Of a stretch of DNA of 64,000 nt, positions 1-20,607 are shown piece after piece. The position numbers and the translations under genes are program-made. Every line of letters starts with the position of its first letter. Position 1 is the stretch's first letter. The stretch is from the NCBI RefSeq assembly GCF_009914755.1, contig NC_060934.1, one strand, 5' to 3'. This stretch comes from the human T2T-CHM13v2.0 reference genome, Homo sapiens. Below the pieces are notes generated by a model, which was not told the DNA's origin, did no database searches, and was given only the letters and a program-made list of their open reading frames with translations.

Positions 1-359
1 TTAACACATTTCTAAACATTTTATCAGGAATCAACTTGAACTTCACAGTCCTACTAAAGTCAAGAAGAGGCACAAACTAGTGAGTAGCTCTATAATGGTC
101 CCGATCAGGAGCCCAACCATCAAAATAAAGATGCATTCTTAACTGCAGTCATGCAAGTTATCATGTGTTCGTTGGTTTGGAAAAATTAGGCCAATTTGGC
201 TGGGTGCAGTGGCTCACACCTGTAATCCCAGTACTTTGGGAGGCCGAGGCAGGTGGATCACGAGGTCAGGAGTTTGAGATCAGCCTGACCAACACGGTGA
301 AACCCCGTCTCTACTAAAAATACAAAAAAATTAGCCGGGCGTGGTGGTGCGTGCCTTTA

Positions 360-499
<140 letters not shown>

Positions 500-804
500 C
501 TAATGAGAATGTTAATTAACATGGAAAATAGGGTTCACAATACAAATAACAGAAGCCTAAATATTTCTGAAAATATATAAGCAATAATTCTGTGATTTAA
601 TACATTAAAAAAAATCTAGAAAGCAACTCTACAAAAAAGAGAGCTGAGATAAATTTGCAAGAAAACAGAGCACATGGGATGAGCTTTGCACATGAGAAGG
701 TGGAAAAATGGTCAACATGATCATGCAGTGATGCCTGTGAAGAAAAGTAATCTGACTAGTGGAACAGTGGGAAGAGAGGGACGGTATCATTTTAACAAGA
801 ATTT

Positions 805-916
805 CTTTTTTTTAATGTGTATTTTTTTTTGTATTATACTTTAAATTCTGGGATACATGTGCAGAATGTACAGGTTTGTTACACAGGTATACATGTGCCA
901 TGGTGGTTTACTGCAC
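805..916 (-). mobile_element. Short 5'-truncated L1PA 3' end
   Basis: tattatactttaaattctgggatacatgtgcagaatgtacaggtttgttac is an L1PA 3' terminus; degenerate TSD ttaacaagaatttct / ttaacgagcatttct. Confidence 0.8.
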
Positions 917-1274
917 TTAACGAGCATTTCTAATTACAGGTGATTACACTAGGTAAATATAGGTCATCCAGATTTTAAAATGAAAATCACAGCTTATCTA
1001 CTGAAGAATTTGTGTGAGTTTCATCTCTGAGGCTCATTTTTAGAAGCTGAGTATCTCAAATATAGTATCTCAGATTCATATAACTGAGGATTTGCCTAAG
1101 AATATATGGTTTCTCTAGAACTTATAATCATCAGTTACGACTATATTACAAGTATTGCATCACAATGATGAGTGTGTGTTCGTGTGTGTGTGTATGTTTA
1201 ATGCATTCATACTTAAAATGGAAAAGGATCACAAACACTAGGTCCATGAAATACATTTATCCATTAGACAATAC

Positions 1275-1344
1275 CTCTTCAATCAGCTTAGTATTTGACT
1301 TTTCTAATGAATCAACTCTTGAATGGAGGCTGCTGACTGTGCTG
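1275..1344 (-). CDS. RUFY2: RUFY2 exon 8 (70 nt)
   Basis: TTTCAG|CAGCACA ... GAAGAG|GTAT; encodes [23 protein letters not shown] (coiled coil). Confidence 0.92.
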
Positions 1345-1571
1345 CTGAAATTAAGAAACAAAAAAACTCATTCAAAATCACACGAACTCAAAAAGGCACG
1401 AAAAAATATGTTATCCTAGATTTACTATGTTTACTGACAGGCACCAACTGCCCTGTCCAAATTTCTGAGTGTGGAAAATTTCATTAACTTGGATAACTTG
1501 ATTTAGCTAGGAGGGCAATAAAGAGTGTAGCAAAATAATATTTGTATTAAAATTCCATTTGGTGCTACTGA

Positions 1572-1784
<213 letters not shown>

Positions 1785-2214
1785 TGAACTCCTGACCTCA
1801 TGACCCACCCACCTCAGCCTCCCAAAGTGCTGGATTACAGGCGTGAGCAACAGCACCCGGCCTACTCATTTTTTTACATTGTCTTCTTAGGGTCCTTCTT
1901 AAATTTAACTGAAAATATTTGGGAATAAAAATTCGACACAAAGATTACTAAGTATTGTTAAAATTATATTTAAAAGGATGAGCTTTAAATGTCTACTTTA
2001 TAATTATGTGGTTTCATGAGGCATATAAACAATGGTCTTTAATTCAAGCTCCATTTTGATTCCCCTCTCCATTTTCATGAGAACTTAGAGACATCCAAAG
2101 TCAACCATGGTTTGAGAAATATGAAGATGAGATACCCAGCATCAGGTTCTTAGTATCAAGGATCTGGCAGCTAAACACCCTGTCTTTCAAAGGAAATAGT
2201 CAAAGGTCAGATTA

Positions 2215-2693
<479 letters not shown>

Positions 2694-3023
2694 TTATACC
2701 AGCCTCAGAAACAAGTATTGGTATTTTAATTTTACTAGTGAAACAAGAAAAATGTTTTTCCATTCATATTAAATCATTTTTAAGACATAATCATTCTTAG
2801 GTAGACAACTTGAGTTTTTCACAAATAGCACCAGGATGTCCTGATGGTAACGACAGACAAACACAAGTCTAGGAGACGTAAGACCAAGAGCCCTGCTTTT
2901 CTACTTCCTAATTGTGTCACCTTGAAAGTTGTAAAACCAGCCAGGCACAGTGGCTCACACCCATAATCCCAGCACTTTGGGAGGCCGAGGCGGGCAGATC
3001 ACAAGGTCAGGAATTCAAAATCA

Positions 3024-3277
<254 letters not shown>

Positions 3278-3548
3278 TCAACAAATTGGACAATAATATT
3301 CACCTTGCCTTTATGCGAGGATACAATAATCATCAAGAAAAGCACTTTGAAAACAAACCCTCAATAGTAGTTTTGAGTGAGGAATAATAGGCGAATTCAG
3401 GCCAGGCACGGTGGCTCCACATGTAATCCCAGCACTTTGGGAGGCCGAGGTTGGTGGATCATGAAGTCAGGAGTTTGAGACCAGCCTGACCAACATGGTG
3501 AAACCCTGTCTCTACTAAAAATACAAAAATTAGCCCAGCGTGGTGTTA

Positions 3549-3689
<141 letters not shown>

Positions 3690-3837
3690 CTACTTTTTTT
3701 CTATATGTTTTCTATATTTTGAAATATTCTAAAGGTACAATAACTACTTTTTATTAGAAAAACAATGAAAGGCCGGGTGCAGTGGCTAACATCTATAATA
3801 CCAACACTTTAGGAGGCCACAGTGGGTGGATGGCCTA

Positions 3838-4107
<270 letters not shown>

Positions 4108-4700
4108 TTACTTTTATTTATTTATTTAGAAGCAGGGTCTCATCTGTCACCCAGGCTGGAGTGCAGCGGCACAAACTCAGCTCAGTGTAGCCTCAACCTC
4201 CAGAGCTCAAGTGATCTTCCCACCTCAGCCTCCTGAGCAGCTGAGACTACAGACACACAACACCATGACCAGCTAATTTTTTGTACTGTTTTGGGTGTAT
4301 AGAGACAAGGTCTCACCATGTTGCCCAGGCTGGTCTCAGACTGCTGAGCTCAAGTGATCCTCCCACCTCAGCCTCCTAACATGCTAGATTACAGCATGCG
4401 CCACTGAGCCCGGTGCAATGAAACATTTATAAAACATAAGGTATACAAAAGTCAGACACCAGTATTGCTGTAACTGATTAACACACATGATTTAAACAAC
4501 TGAGAATGAGAAAAGTCTTTTGAACTGGGCCGGCCACGGTGGCTCACGCCTGTAATCCCAGCACTTTGGGAGGCCGAGGTGGGTGGATCACGAAGTCAGG
4601 AGTTCAAGACCAGCCTAGCCAATATGGTGAAACCCTGTCTCTACTGAACGTGCAAAAAATTAGCTGGGCATGGTGGCAGGTACCTATAATCCCCTACTCA

Positions 4701-5058
<358 letters not shown>

Positions 5059-5691
5059 CTACCTAATATGTAAGAAGAGGGAGAGGGAAGAGATATGAGA
5101 ATAGATATACATATTATTGCTATGAGCATAAAGTATCTCTGGATACACAAGAACCTAATATATTAATTACTTGTGAAGAGGGAAACTAGATGGATGAAGA
5201 TCAAGGAGAGGGAGACTTTTGTTTTATGTTCCTTTTGTGCCTTTTGAAGTTTGAGCCATATGAATATATTAATATTACCTGTTACCAAAAAGTGATTAGA
5301 AGTTTAAACATAAATAATTAAGAAACACAAGCTTGCATTTAGAAATACAATCTCAGAAATACAAATTACAAAATATACATATATTTCCTACGATTTCTAT
5401 TAAAACTCCATTTAAAAAAGACTTATATGAAGTCTTTCCTATTTCTACTTTAGAGGAAAAGCAAGAGTCACAGCTTATTAGTTTCTTTTCCTAAAATGGA
5501 AAAATGTTTAATTGTATTTTCTGATTATAATACATATTCACTGAGTAGTACTCAGAAAATATAGAAAAGTACAAAGAATAAAATAAAAATTATTCATAAT
5601 CCTATCACCCAGAGAATATTTTACTAATTATTAAATGTGATTAATGAAAACACTTCATTTCTAATTACATAGCAAATATTACTCGCTATAC

Positions 5692-7575
<1,884 letters not shown>

Positions 7576-8038
7576 CTTTGCTATTTTACATACAGGTCTC
7601 AAAAATTCTTCTCAACAAGAGTATTCACTGATGGCTTCAATGACCAGTTGACAATGTAAGAAAGCAAAAATTTCCACCACAGAAGATGACAGACAGCCAC
7701 ATTTACATATGAAGCCCTTTGAAGTAGGAAAAATGAATTTCTGAACCATCAAACTGATACAAACTTTTACCTTAGCCTTTTTTGTCAAGGGTACAGCAAT
7801 AAGTTTTAAGTTCTATTTAAATCTGATGAAGATTCTGTATTAAAAACCTGACTCTCGGGCCAGGCGTGGTGGTTCACGCCTGTAATCTCAGCACTTTGGG
7901 AGGCCAAGGCGGGCAGATCACAGGGTCAGGAGATTGAGACCATCCTGGCCAACGTGGTGAAACCCCGTCTCTACTAAAATACAAAAAAAAAAAAAAAAAT
8001 TAGGTGTGGTGGTGCGCGCCTATAGTCCCAGCTACTCA

Positions 8039-8218
<180 letters not shown>

Positions 8219-8354
8219 TTACTTTCCATTTTCTCTCTATCCCCTCAACCCCTTCTCAAAGACTCTTAGAAGAAAGGAATACGGTAAGCTGAAGGGAAAA
8301 AAACAAAAACCTAAGACAATATTCATAAATGTGCTAAGTATCCATAATACTTAC

Positions 8355-8420
8355 TTCAGTTGTCTATTTAATTCTTCAACATAATTCTTTTGGTCTAATA
8401 TGGCAGCAATTTGAACATTC
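8355..8420 (-). CDS. RUFY2: RUFY2 exon 7 (66 nt)
   Basis: CATTTAG|GAATGTT ... CTGAA|GTAAGT; encodes [21 protein letters not shown]. Confidence 0.93.
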
Positions 8421-8743
8421 CTAAATGAGGAAAAAAGTAGCTTTGTGCTAGTTGAAAAGGTATTTATTAAGCACAAAAAAATCTAAATCATCTAAAATTA
8501 TTATAAAACTAAAATAATAAAACATTGTCTTGCCTTTAAAATAAAACATAAGAATAATAGTAAACTGTGTACTAAGTATCTATAACCTTTGTTGAATAAA
8601 TTACTTGCTAATAATACACTTAACAATACCATTAGTGTATTTTTAAATTTAAACATAATTAGGGCCGGGCACAGTGGCTCATTCCTGTAATCCCAGCACT
8701 CTGGGAGGCCGAGGCAGGCAGGTCACTTGAGTCCAGGAGTTCA

Positions 8744-9059
<316 letters not shown>

Positions 9060-9291
9060 CTACAGGTATAACCAAAGGTCCCACTTCATACTATTAATAA
9101 AACCTCCTTCTCCTAAGTGATTTTCCATAATCTGCTTTGTAAAGCTTGTAATGGAAGTGAAAATGAAATGAAGAAGTCACAGGGGGGAAAACAACAAAAT
9201 AAAACCACACTGTAAATAGATGGATCTTATAATGATTTGTAAAGAGCTATATAAAAAACCCAATATGTGAAATAACTTATGAAAATCATAC

Positions 9292-9353
9292 CTTTCTTTA
9301 TTTCCAATATCTTCTTCATTCTTTAAATACATAGAAAAATCAATCACTCCAAC
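9292..9353 (-). CDS. RUFY2: RUFY2 exon 6 (62 nt)
   Basis: CTTCAG|GTTGGA ... GAAAG|GTATGA; encodes [20 protein letters not shown]. Confidence 0.93.
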
Positions 9354-9544
9354 CTGAAGTAAATAAAGTTTTTTTTAATTTAAAGGGGAGAAAATACTTT
9401 ATCAGAAGTACCTTTACTGAATGTTACTCTTAATATTCCTTTAGTGTTTAACAGTCCTGTTTACAACTTCAAATGACACCTGATCAAGGAGGAACTGTGC
9501 AAACTGAAAACACTCTGCATTTGGCACTAGTCACTTTCACTTAC

Positions 9545-9668
9545 TTGTGAGTCTAAATCCTCTCCCTTCACACACAGATTAGCATCGATCACATTCAGGC
9601 CAACCAGCAGCCCAACAATTACTGCTCCTTCTTCTTCCATCATTAGTGCGTGATACTCATAAAACTCA
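9545..9668 (-). CDS. RUFY2: RUFY2 exon 5 (124 nt)
   Basis: TTCACAG|TGAGTTT ... TCACAA|GTAAGT; encodes [41 protein letters not shown]. Confidence 0.95.
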
Positions 9669-10190
9669 CTGTGAAAATTTAAAAAATAAGGACTTTAAAT
9701 CACAAATTTATTTCAAAAACTAAAATTTAAAATCACCATTATCTTCCTAATCTTCTACCTTACAGAAATGGAAGCCATCTCAGTTAGGTGCCTTCAAATT
9801 AGCCTTTATACGTGTGAATAACTTTTTATATTTTTTATTTTTTATTTATTAATTTTTTTTTTTTGAGACGAAGTCTTGCTCTTTCACCCAGGCCGGACTG
9901 CAGTGGCACTATCTTGGCTCACTGCAAGCTCTGCCTCCCGGGTTCACACCATTTTCCTGCCTCAGCCTCCTGAGTAGCTGGGACTACAGGTGCCCGCCAC
10001 CGCACCCGGCTAATTTTTTGTATTTTTAGTAGAGACGGGGTTTCACCGTGTTAGCCAAGATAGTCTCGATCTCCTGACCTCATGGTCCGCGGGCCTCAGC
10101 ATCCCAAAGTGCTGGGATTACAGGCGTGAGCCACCGCGCCTAGCCAACTTTTCATATTTTTTAAATTTAAATGTCTCTATTGAAAAATCA

Positions 10191-10668
<478 letters not shown>

Positions 10669-11234
10669 TCAATCCTCGGATTTATTAAGACCCTTGGGAT
10701 AAAGACTAAGGTAGAAAATGAACATATGCAACATTTCAAAGTCCATGTTCAAGTCAATGCATTTGATAGGTATATTATAAATCTTAATAGATAATCATCA
10801 ATTAAAGACACTTTGGGATATCTACATTCTAAAAACTGTTGAAAAAGAGAGTTGTGAAAGAAATAGGACAGTTCAAAAACTAAGTCTCACCAACATACAT
10901 TCAGAGAAGTAGTTATCACTGTCTCATGCCTTCTTTAATAAGGCCCATGTACATTATTTAATCACTTTAATTATCCTTCAGAATATTGAGAAGCCATGGG
11001 TGCTTAACATATGGTCATTCTCGTTTAACAACTGGGAAAACCACAATGTAAAACCAGCATCACAAGTAAAACCAAAACCAGGACTAAATTCTCCACAACA
11101 TCAGAGAGGCACTCTAACAGAACAAGAATGAATGGAGGACCACCATGGGCCCACTCCCTTGGAGAACTGATTGCCTTGCTTTGAAAATCTGTCTTAAATA
11201 AATGTTTGGCCTTCGTTTTATTTTATTTTTTTGA

Positions 11235-11510
<276 letters not shown>

Positions 11511-11996
11511 TAAATGTTTGGACTTCAATTTAAACTGTGCCCACAATACAGGTGAAGCAATAATATGGATATTCAAATTCTAAAAAAAAAAACAAAAAAC
11601 AAAAAGCCTATGAAATTAAAGCCACAAATTCCAACACAAATTTTTATCCATAGAATTAACCATATTCAGAAAAATAAAACTAACAGAAATGTATTATATA
11701 CGGCAGTTTCCAGGCAGGGCAAAAGAAAAAATTTTTAAACAAAGAGGAAGAAATGTAATATATATAAATTTCCCCATCCTGGCTGATAACAAAGCTTATG
11801 GTATTCATATGTAAGGCTAGTTCCTGATCCATGTTATGTCTCTATCATGTTTTTCTGTCTCATTTTGCTCCTCCTCTTATTTTATATCATTTTATTATAT
11901 GTTATATATCCTTTCATATTACATCTTAAATCCTTTTTGGAAGACAGCATATAAATAAAATAAAAAATGAAAAGATCACGACTTAATAGTACTAAC

Positions 11997-12098
11997 CTCA
12001 AGAGATCCCTCTGAATAATTAAGCAACGTAAGTAATCGGCCATTTTTTTTTGCATGAGGGCTAATCGAAGCCACGCTCTTGCTCGACCCAGAGGGGTC
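11997..12098 (-). CDS. RUFY2: RUFY2 exon 4 (102 nt), RUN domain core
   Basis: CTTTAG|GACCCC ... TTGAG|GTTAGT; encodes [33 protein letters not shown] (GRARAW is a RUN signature). Confidence 0.95.
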
Positions 12099-12333
12099 CT
12101 AAAGAGAAGAACCAATTGATCAGAAAACAGCCCTAGCCCAAAGATCACATCTTCTGTCTCTAGAGGTAAACATTAACAAGGAAAAAGGGCATTTTTATAA
12201 TGGTTTTGTTTTCATTTTTATAGGTTTATCTTTTTGAGCACACAAACCAATCCCTGAGAGCTGGGTAAATCTGTTCCTCCTGTAGGACATCCAGGTACTA
12301 TTTAATGTCTTGGAAGAAATGACTCTCTAAACA

Positions 12334-12636
12334 CAGTAGTGTGTCACTTAATGATACTTTCAGAAAAATGCGTTGTTAGGTAATTTCATCATGGAGTGTA
12401 CATTTGCAAACCTAGATGGTATACACACCTATGCTATATAGTATACCCTATTGTTCCTAGGCTGTAAACCTATATAGCATGCTACTGTACTGAATGCTGT
12501 AGGCAATTATTAACCAATTGTTAACTATTTGTGTATCTAAACACAGCTAAACATGGAAATGGTAAAGTCAAAATACAGTATTATAATCTTTTGGAACCAC
12601 CATCATTTAATGAAATGTTATGCAGCCCAGGACTCT
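12334..12636 (-). mobile_element. Tigger3a/MER7-like TcMar DNA transposon relic
   Basis: Reverse complement resembles the Tigger3a consensus as I recall it (aagattataatactgtatttt...gcctacagcattcagtacagtagcatgc...catctaggtttg), with degenerate CAGT-type ends. Confidence 0.7.
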
Positions 12637-13543
12637 GGTGAGAATACTTCTATAAGAAATATTTAGGTGGGCACGGTGGCTGACACCTGTCATCCCTACA
12701 CTTTGAGAGGTCAAGGTGGGAGGATCACTTGAATCCAGGAGTTAGAGAACAGCCTGGACAACATAGGGAGACCCTGTCTCTATATAAAAAAAATAAATTA
12801 ATTAAATTTAAAAATAAAAAAAATTAAAAAAGTGAAAAAAAATCAAAATGCCAGGTGTGGTGGCATGTGCCTGTATTCCCAGCTACTCAGGAGGCTGAGA
12901 CAGGAGGTTGCTTAAGCCCAGTAGGCAGAGGCTGCAGTGAACAGTGATTGCATCACTGTACTCAAGCCTGGGTGATAGAGTGAGACCCTGTCTCAGAAAA
13001 AAAAAAGAAATATTTAGTCTGAATGAGCTTAGCCCTCTAAAAATAAATATTAAAACTTCACCAGGCCGGGCCCAGTGGCTTACACCTGTAATCCCAGCAC
13101 TTTGGGAGGCCGAGGCGAGCGGATCACAAGGTCAGGAGTTCGAAAGAAGCCTAGCCAACATGGTGAAACCCCGTCTCTACTAAAAACACAAAAAATAGCT
13201 GGGCTTGGTGGTGGGTGTCTGTAATCCCAGCTATTCAGGAGGCTGAGGCAGGAGAATCACTGGAACCCGGGAGGCGGAGGGTACAGTCAGGCAAGATTGC
13301 ACCATCGCACTCCAGCCTGGGCAACAAGGTAAGATTTGTTCTCAAAAAAAAAAAAAAAAAAAAAAAATTCTACAATAAGGCACCATAATGCCTTCAAAAA
13401 CATAGGTAACATTATATCTGAATTTTAAAAATCATAACAAAGCTAAGAGGGTGCCAGGCTAGTAATTAAAGAGAAATCACTGTGCTGCTTACTGGTTTTC
13501 AAATGTTTCTTTAATTTGGTTGCATTTAAGAAATTAAATCTCA

Positions 13544-13891
<348 letters not shown>

Positions 13892-14246
13892 TTAAAAAGC
13901 AACTTTTATACCACTTTTTTTTTTTAAAGAGAGTGGTATCATTCACACTTTTATATTTTCTTATGCAGAGAACATTTTGGCAGATAGTACAGGAAGAGAC
14001 TTGATCTTCACTTCTAATAATTAACGCATTTCTTATAGCTTAGCATTTTAATGAACACCATCAGAAAACAGGTTTTACTATTGTAGAGTCTGGCTTTTTA
14101 ACAAAATATGAATACATATTTTCATATTAAAATGAATCAAATCTTACATTTTTGTTTTTGAGAGTTGAAATTCTGTTTTTCCTCTTTGTTAAAAATCTTT
14201 ACACCTGATATACCAAAAATATCAATTGTGAACAAATATCATTTGA

Positions 14247-14441
<195 letters not shown>

Positions 14442-14584
14442 TAGTAGACATGTGGTTTCGCCATGTTGCCCAGGCTGGTCTCGAACTCTTGGGCTCAGGC
14501 AATCCACCCATCTCAGCCTCCAAAGTTCTGGGATTATAGGCGTGAGCCACCACACCCAGCCACTTTATATTTAACTCTAAAAAC

Positions 14585-14760
14585 TGGGTTTAAATCCTGC
14601 CTCTGCCACTTTTTAACTATAATTTATCTGGCATTTATTTTTCACATCTATACAATTATAATAATAACCTCTACCTGTAAGACTGATTTAAGCACTAAAG
14701 GAGATAATTCATGTAAAACAGGTACCTTATTACTCTAACACAGTGCTCAACAGTAGCCAC
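14585..14760 (+). mobile_element. MIR fragment
   Basis: ctgggtttaaatcctgcctctgccact...ataataacctctacct...gagataattcatgtaaa resembles the MIR core. Confidence 0.6.
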
Positions 14761-15017
14761 TTACTTTTATCACTCAATAAATTCCAATTTACAAACATTT
14801 GAACATTTGAACATTCAACAACAAAATAACAGCAAAACACTACCATATTCCCCACAACATATATAAACCCTAAGTTGTAAAACTATGAGAAAACAAACGA
14901 TTAACCTTACAGAAAATGCTTAATGCAAAAAAAGTTATCTCATTAACAAGAATTAAGATAAACTAAAGGGAGGCTGGGCGCTGTGGCTCACGCCTGTAAT
15001 ACCAGCACTTTTTTTGA

Positions 15018-15175
<158 letters not shown>

Positions 15176-15309
15176 TAGTAAAGACAGGCTTTCTCCATTT
15201 TGGTCAGGCTGGTCTCGAACTCCCAACCTCAGGTGATCCGCCCACCTCGGCCTCCCAAAGTGCTGGGATTACAGGCCTGAGCCACTGCGCTGGGCCAATT
15301 CCATCACTA

Positions 15310-15582
<273 letters not shown>

Positions 15583-15705
15583 TTAATTACACTCTAAAGA
15601 ATATAAGAACTGGTCAGGCACGGTGGCTCACGCCTGTAATCCCAGCACTTTGGGAGGCCAAGGCGGGCGGATCACAAGGTCAGGAGATCAAGACCATCCT
15701 GACTA

Positions 15706-15915
<210 letters not shown>

Positions 15916-16037
15916 TTAAAAAGAAAACTAAAAAAAAAAAGAATATAGGCTTGGCGCGGTGGCTCACGCCTGTAATCCCAGCACTTTAGGAGGCTGAGGC
16001 AGGCGGATCACGAGGTCAGGAGATCGAGACCATTCTA

Positions 16038-16258
<221 letters not shown>

Positions 16259-16836
16259 TTAACACTTTACACCTACAAAAAATTTTAAATACTCATGAAA
16301 GTATTCTTAGCTAACATACTCCAACTTTTAAGACATTTTACATACATTTGTCTGATGAAACAGGCTGGTGACATTATAGGTACCAATTTTCAGAGGAAGC
16401 AAAGAAATGTACACCAGTCCTAGGGTATACAACTGGCTTATCTGAGAACTGGAATATCCTGAGCCTGTGCCCTGGATTCAGCCTAAATCAGTCTTTCCTC
16501 AATACTTACTGACTTTCTACTACAGGCAAACTAATTTAACACTCAGAAAACAAAGATGCATAACTGATATATCCTATCTTAAAAGGACTTTCAATTTCCT
16601 ACAATACAAGGCAGAATGGTGAGTGGTTAATTTTGATCGAAGAGGCTAAGAAAAACTTCATAAAGGAAATGGGATTTGAGTTGAGCCATAAAGAATGAAC
16701 ATAATTTTATTATAAGAGGATTAGAAGAAGGGGACTTAAGACTAAGAGAAGACAATAAGCTAGAGTGTGAGGTACTTTGGAGGAACAATGAATACACTTC
16801 TGTGGCTAGGGATGAACAAGTAATAGGCCTCCTTAC

Positions 16837-16954
16837 TTCAGACCAGGTAGATCCCGGACACTAGCTCCTATTTCCTCTGCTTCGGGGTACAGCTTCTCCA
16901 CCAGTTCCAAAGGGCCCCAGATGGTTTTGTTGTAACTCAAAAATGATTTTCTTA
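16837..16954 (-). CDS. RUFY2: RUFY2 exon 3 (118 nt)
   Basis: TTTTCAG|TAAGAAAA ... CTGAA|GTAAGG; encodes [40 protein letters not shown]. Confidence 0.94.
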
Positions 16955-17929
16955 CTGAAAAAAAGAACACATAATGCACACAATGTCAACATAAAAAACT
17001 GTAGTAACTTATTTTTAAATATTTAGTTTCAACATTTCTAACTTAACATACAATTATTCAGAGATCTTTCCTCTTTTATCCACTACATATCCTAGTGGAT
17101 CTGGAGCCTGTGCCAGTAGGATCCTGTTGCCCATCCTGCTATTTTTTTCCACATGATAAAAAGACACAGTGACCATTCTTTCATATCAAATATGCAGTAA
17201 GGTAATTAAAGTGAAAAATGACTGCACTCATTCTCTACCAATACCAAAATAAAGGCTGGTGGCCCTAGCTGATTGATCTTTATAAGTTTATTAAACAAAC
17301 CAAGCACAAATAAAAAGTTATTTTATTTTTTATAATGCCTTTTTTTTTTTTAGTAAGTAGAGATGGCATTTTGCTATGTTGACCAGGCTGGTCTTGAATT
17401 CCTGGCCTCAAGCGTTCCTCCTATCTTGGCCTCCCAAAGTGCTGGCTGGGATTACAGGCATGAACCACCACGCCCAGCCTAAGAAGTTATTTTAATTTTA
17501 AATATGAAAAATTGTGAATTTCCTTTTCCTTGTATTTTATTCTGAGATTTGGTCAATATAAAACCATGAAATTGCCATACATTTTTGTTATTACTGACCA
17601 GATCTCCTGCAAATACAGGGTGCCTATCATATACACTACCCAAGGACACCCAAGATAGGCAATTTTTCCCAGGGGGAGAAAAGCACACGCACAAAGTAGC
17701 TTTATAATGATTCATCCAGATAAGCCTATAACTGCTAGGACATGGTTCAACATAAGTTGTGAAGTAAAGGAAATACAGTCTAAAAATAGTTTAAAATTTA
17801 ACTATTTTGGCCATAATTTGGCAAACTCCATTTCAGCAGTCTTGGGGAAAATCAAGATGCACTCCTGATTTTTTCTGAAATCAAGATGCACTCCTGATTT
17901 TTTGAAAATCAAGTCTCACTCCAGAGTGA

Positions 17930-18400
<471 letters not shown>

Positions 18401-18433
18401 TAATGCTAATAGCATGATTACAATTACAGTTAA

Positions 18434-18712
<279 letters not shown>

Positions 18713-19894
18713 TGACCCACCCACCTCAGCCTCCCAAAGTGCTGGGATTACAGGTGCCCAATTTCCTTTAGAGAGGTTAATAGAAGAGAATGAATAAAAA
18801 CCATGTTTTGCTCTGTGTACTTCTCTGTTGTTTATGTACAAAAAGAGTATCTTTCGCTAGTATTTATACATTTTAAGAAATTGCTTTAAGTCTCTAAAGA
18901 AAAAGAAATGAGTATGCTAATAACATCACACAGGATTTCTCAAATTTTGATGTCAAGGCTTCCTTCTTGTTTTGAAGTACTTTTTATTAAAACAAAGTTT
19001 AGGTAAATCTTTGAATCTTTTTTTTTTTTTTTTGAGAAAGGGTCTCTCTCTGTTGTCCAGGCTGGAGTACAGTGCTACACTCAGAGTTCACTGAAGCCTC
19101 GACCTCCTCAGGCTAAGGTGATCCTCCCACTTCAGCCTCTCGAACAGCTGGGACCACAGGCATATGCTGGGATTACAGGCATTAAGCCACCGTGTCTGGC
19201 CAGTCAAGCTTCTTTTACTCTATAATAGTCACTCTAGTGTACAACTCTTACATAGCCCTCTACATAGATACTCATCGTATGAACTAGAGGCCAAAACTGT
19301 GAACAGTTATTATAAGTAAAAGCACAGTTATTATGCAATGAATATTTTTAAATTAAATATAAAACCAACATTTTATATGTAACAATAATTCAATATGTAC
19401 TGAGAGTGGAGTACAATATCTGCTGTTATCATCTTCAGGGATGGCTCACATTTCTACAATAACTCCATCCAGAAGATATTTCTACATATGTTCGTGTATA
19501 TATCTAGGAGGTTTCTATTTCAACAATCCACTATTTCAATGCAGTTGTTCAACAGGGTTCGAACTATTAATATGAGCTCATAACAGTATCACCAGCTTTA
19601 AAAAATAACTCTATAATTGTCCTAGAAAACAAAATAATTCAGATTATGTGTTTAAAAAATTAAAAAATCAAATATTCTGTTTACAAAATATTAACAATTA
19701 AGCATTTTCTGAAGACCATTTATTATTCCATTATTAGAAAACATAGTCATAAGATATTTTCTCCCAAAATCAATCCACTCAATATTTTTTAGTGCACAGT
19801 AACGTAATTATGGCCTCAAAAAATAACCCATTCTCAAGGGCACTTGAAAAACGGAAATTCTAAAATGAATTAATTTTTTAAAATCTCATGATAC

Positions 19895-20068
19895 CTTTAA
19901 GACCGTGTTTCAGGCAATGTTCCATAACAACAAAGAATTGCTGCAAGGGGGGATAGTCAGAATCCAAAGTGCGGCCAAAGCTCAGAGCAGATTCAATGAG
20001 TCCTTTGATACTCAGTTTAGCCATGTTTAACAAGTTTGCTCTCTCTACAGCTGTGGGGTCTTTTGTAG
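19895..20068 (-). CDS. RUFY2: RUFY2 exon 2 (174 nt)
   Basis: TTTTCAG|CTACAAAA ... CTTAAAG|GTAT; encodes [12 protein letters not shown]...CLKHGLK. Confidence 0.95.
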
Positions 20069-20319
20069 CTGAAAACACAAGAAAGGAATCCAACATCATT
20101 TGTAAGACATGACAATGAAAAATATACAAACCATTCCCTTCCCCTATAAAAACCAACAGTAGTTTGCTGTTCCTTGGTTGACAAATTCTCCCCAGCTAAA
20201 CCACACCCTTGATTAACTTCTCTTTACATCTCTCACATATACTGTAAAAAATTTCCGGCCAGGCGCGGTGGCTCACGCCTGTAATCCCAGCACTTTGGGA
20301 GGCCAAGGCGGGTGGATCA

Positions 20320-20607
<288 letters not shown>

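Noticed and set aside
16950-16956. GTAAGA formed across the RUFY2 exon 2-3 junction (AAAG|TAAGA)
   Set aside because: Offset by 1 nt from the true junction with an AAA exonic context; much weaker than the DNA2 exon 14 case.
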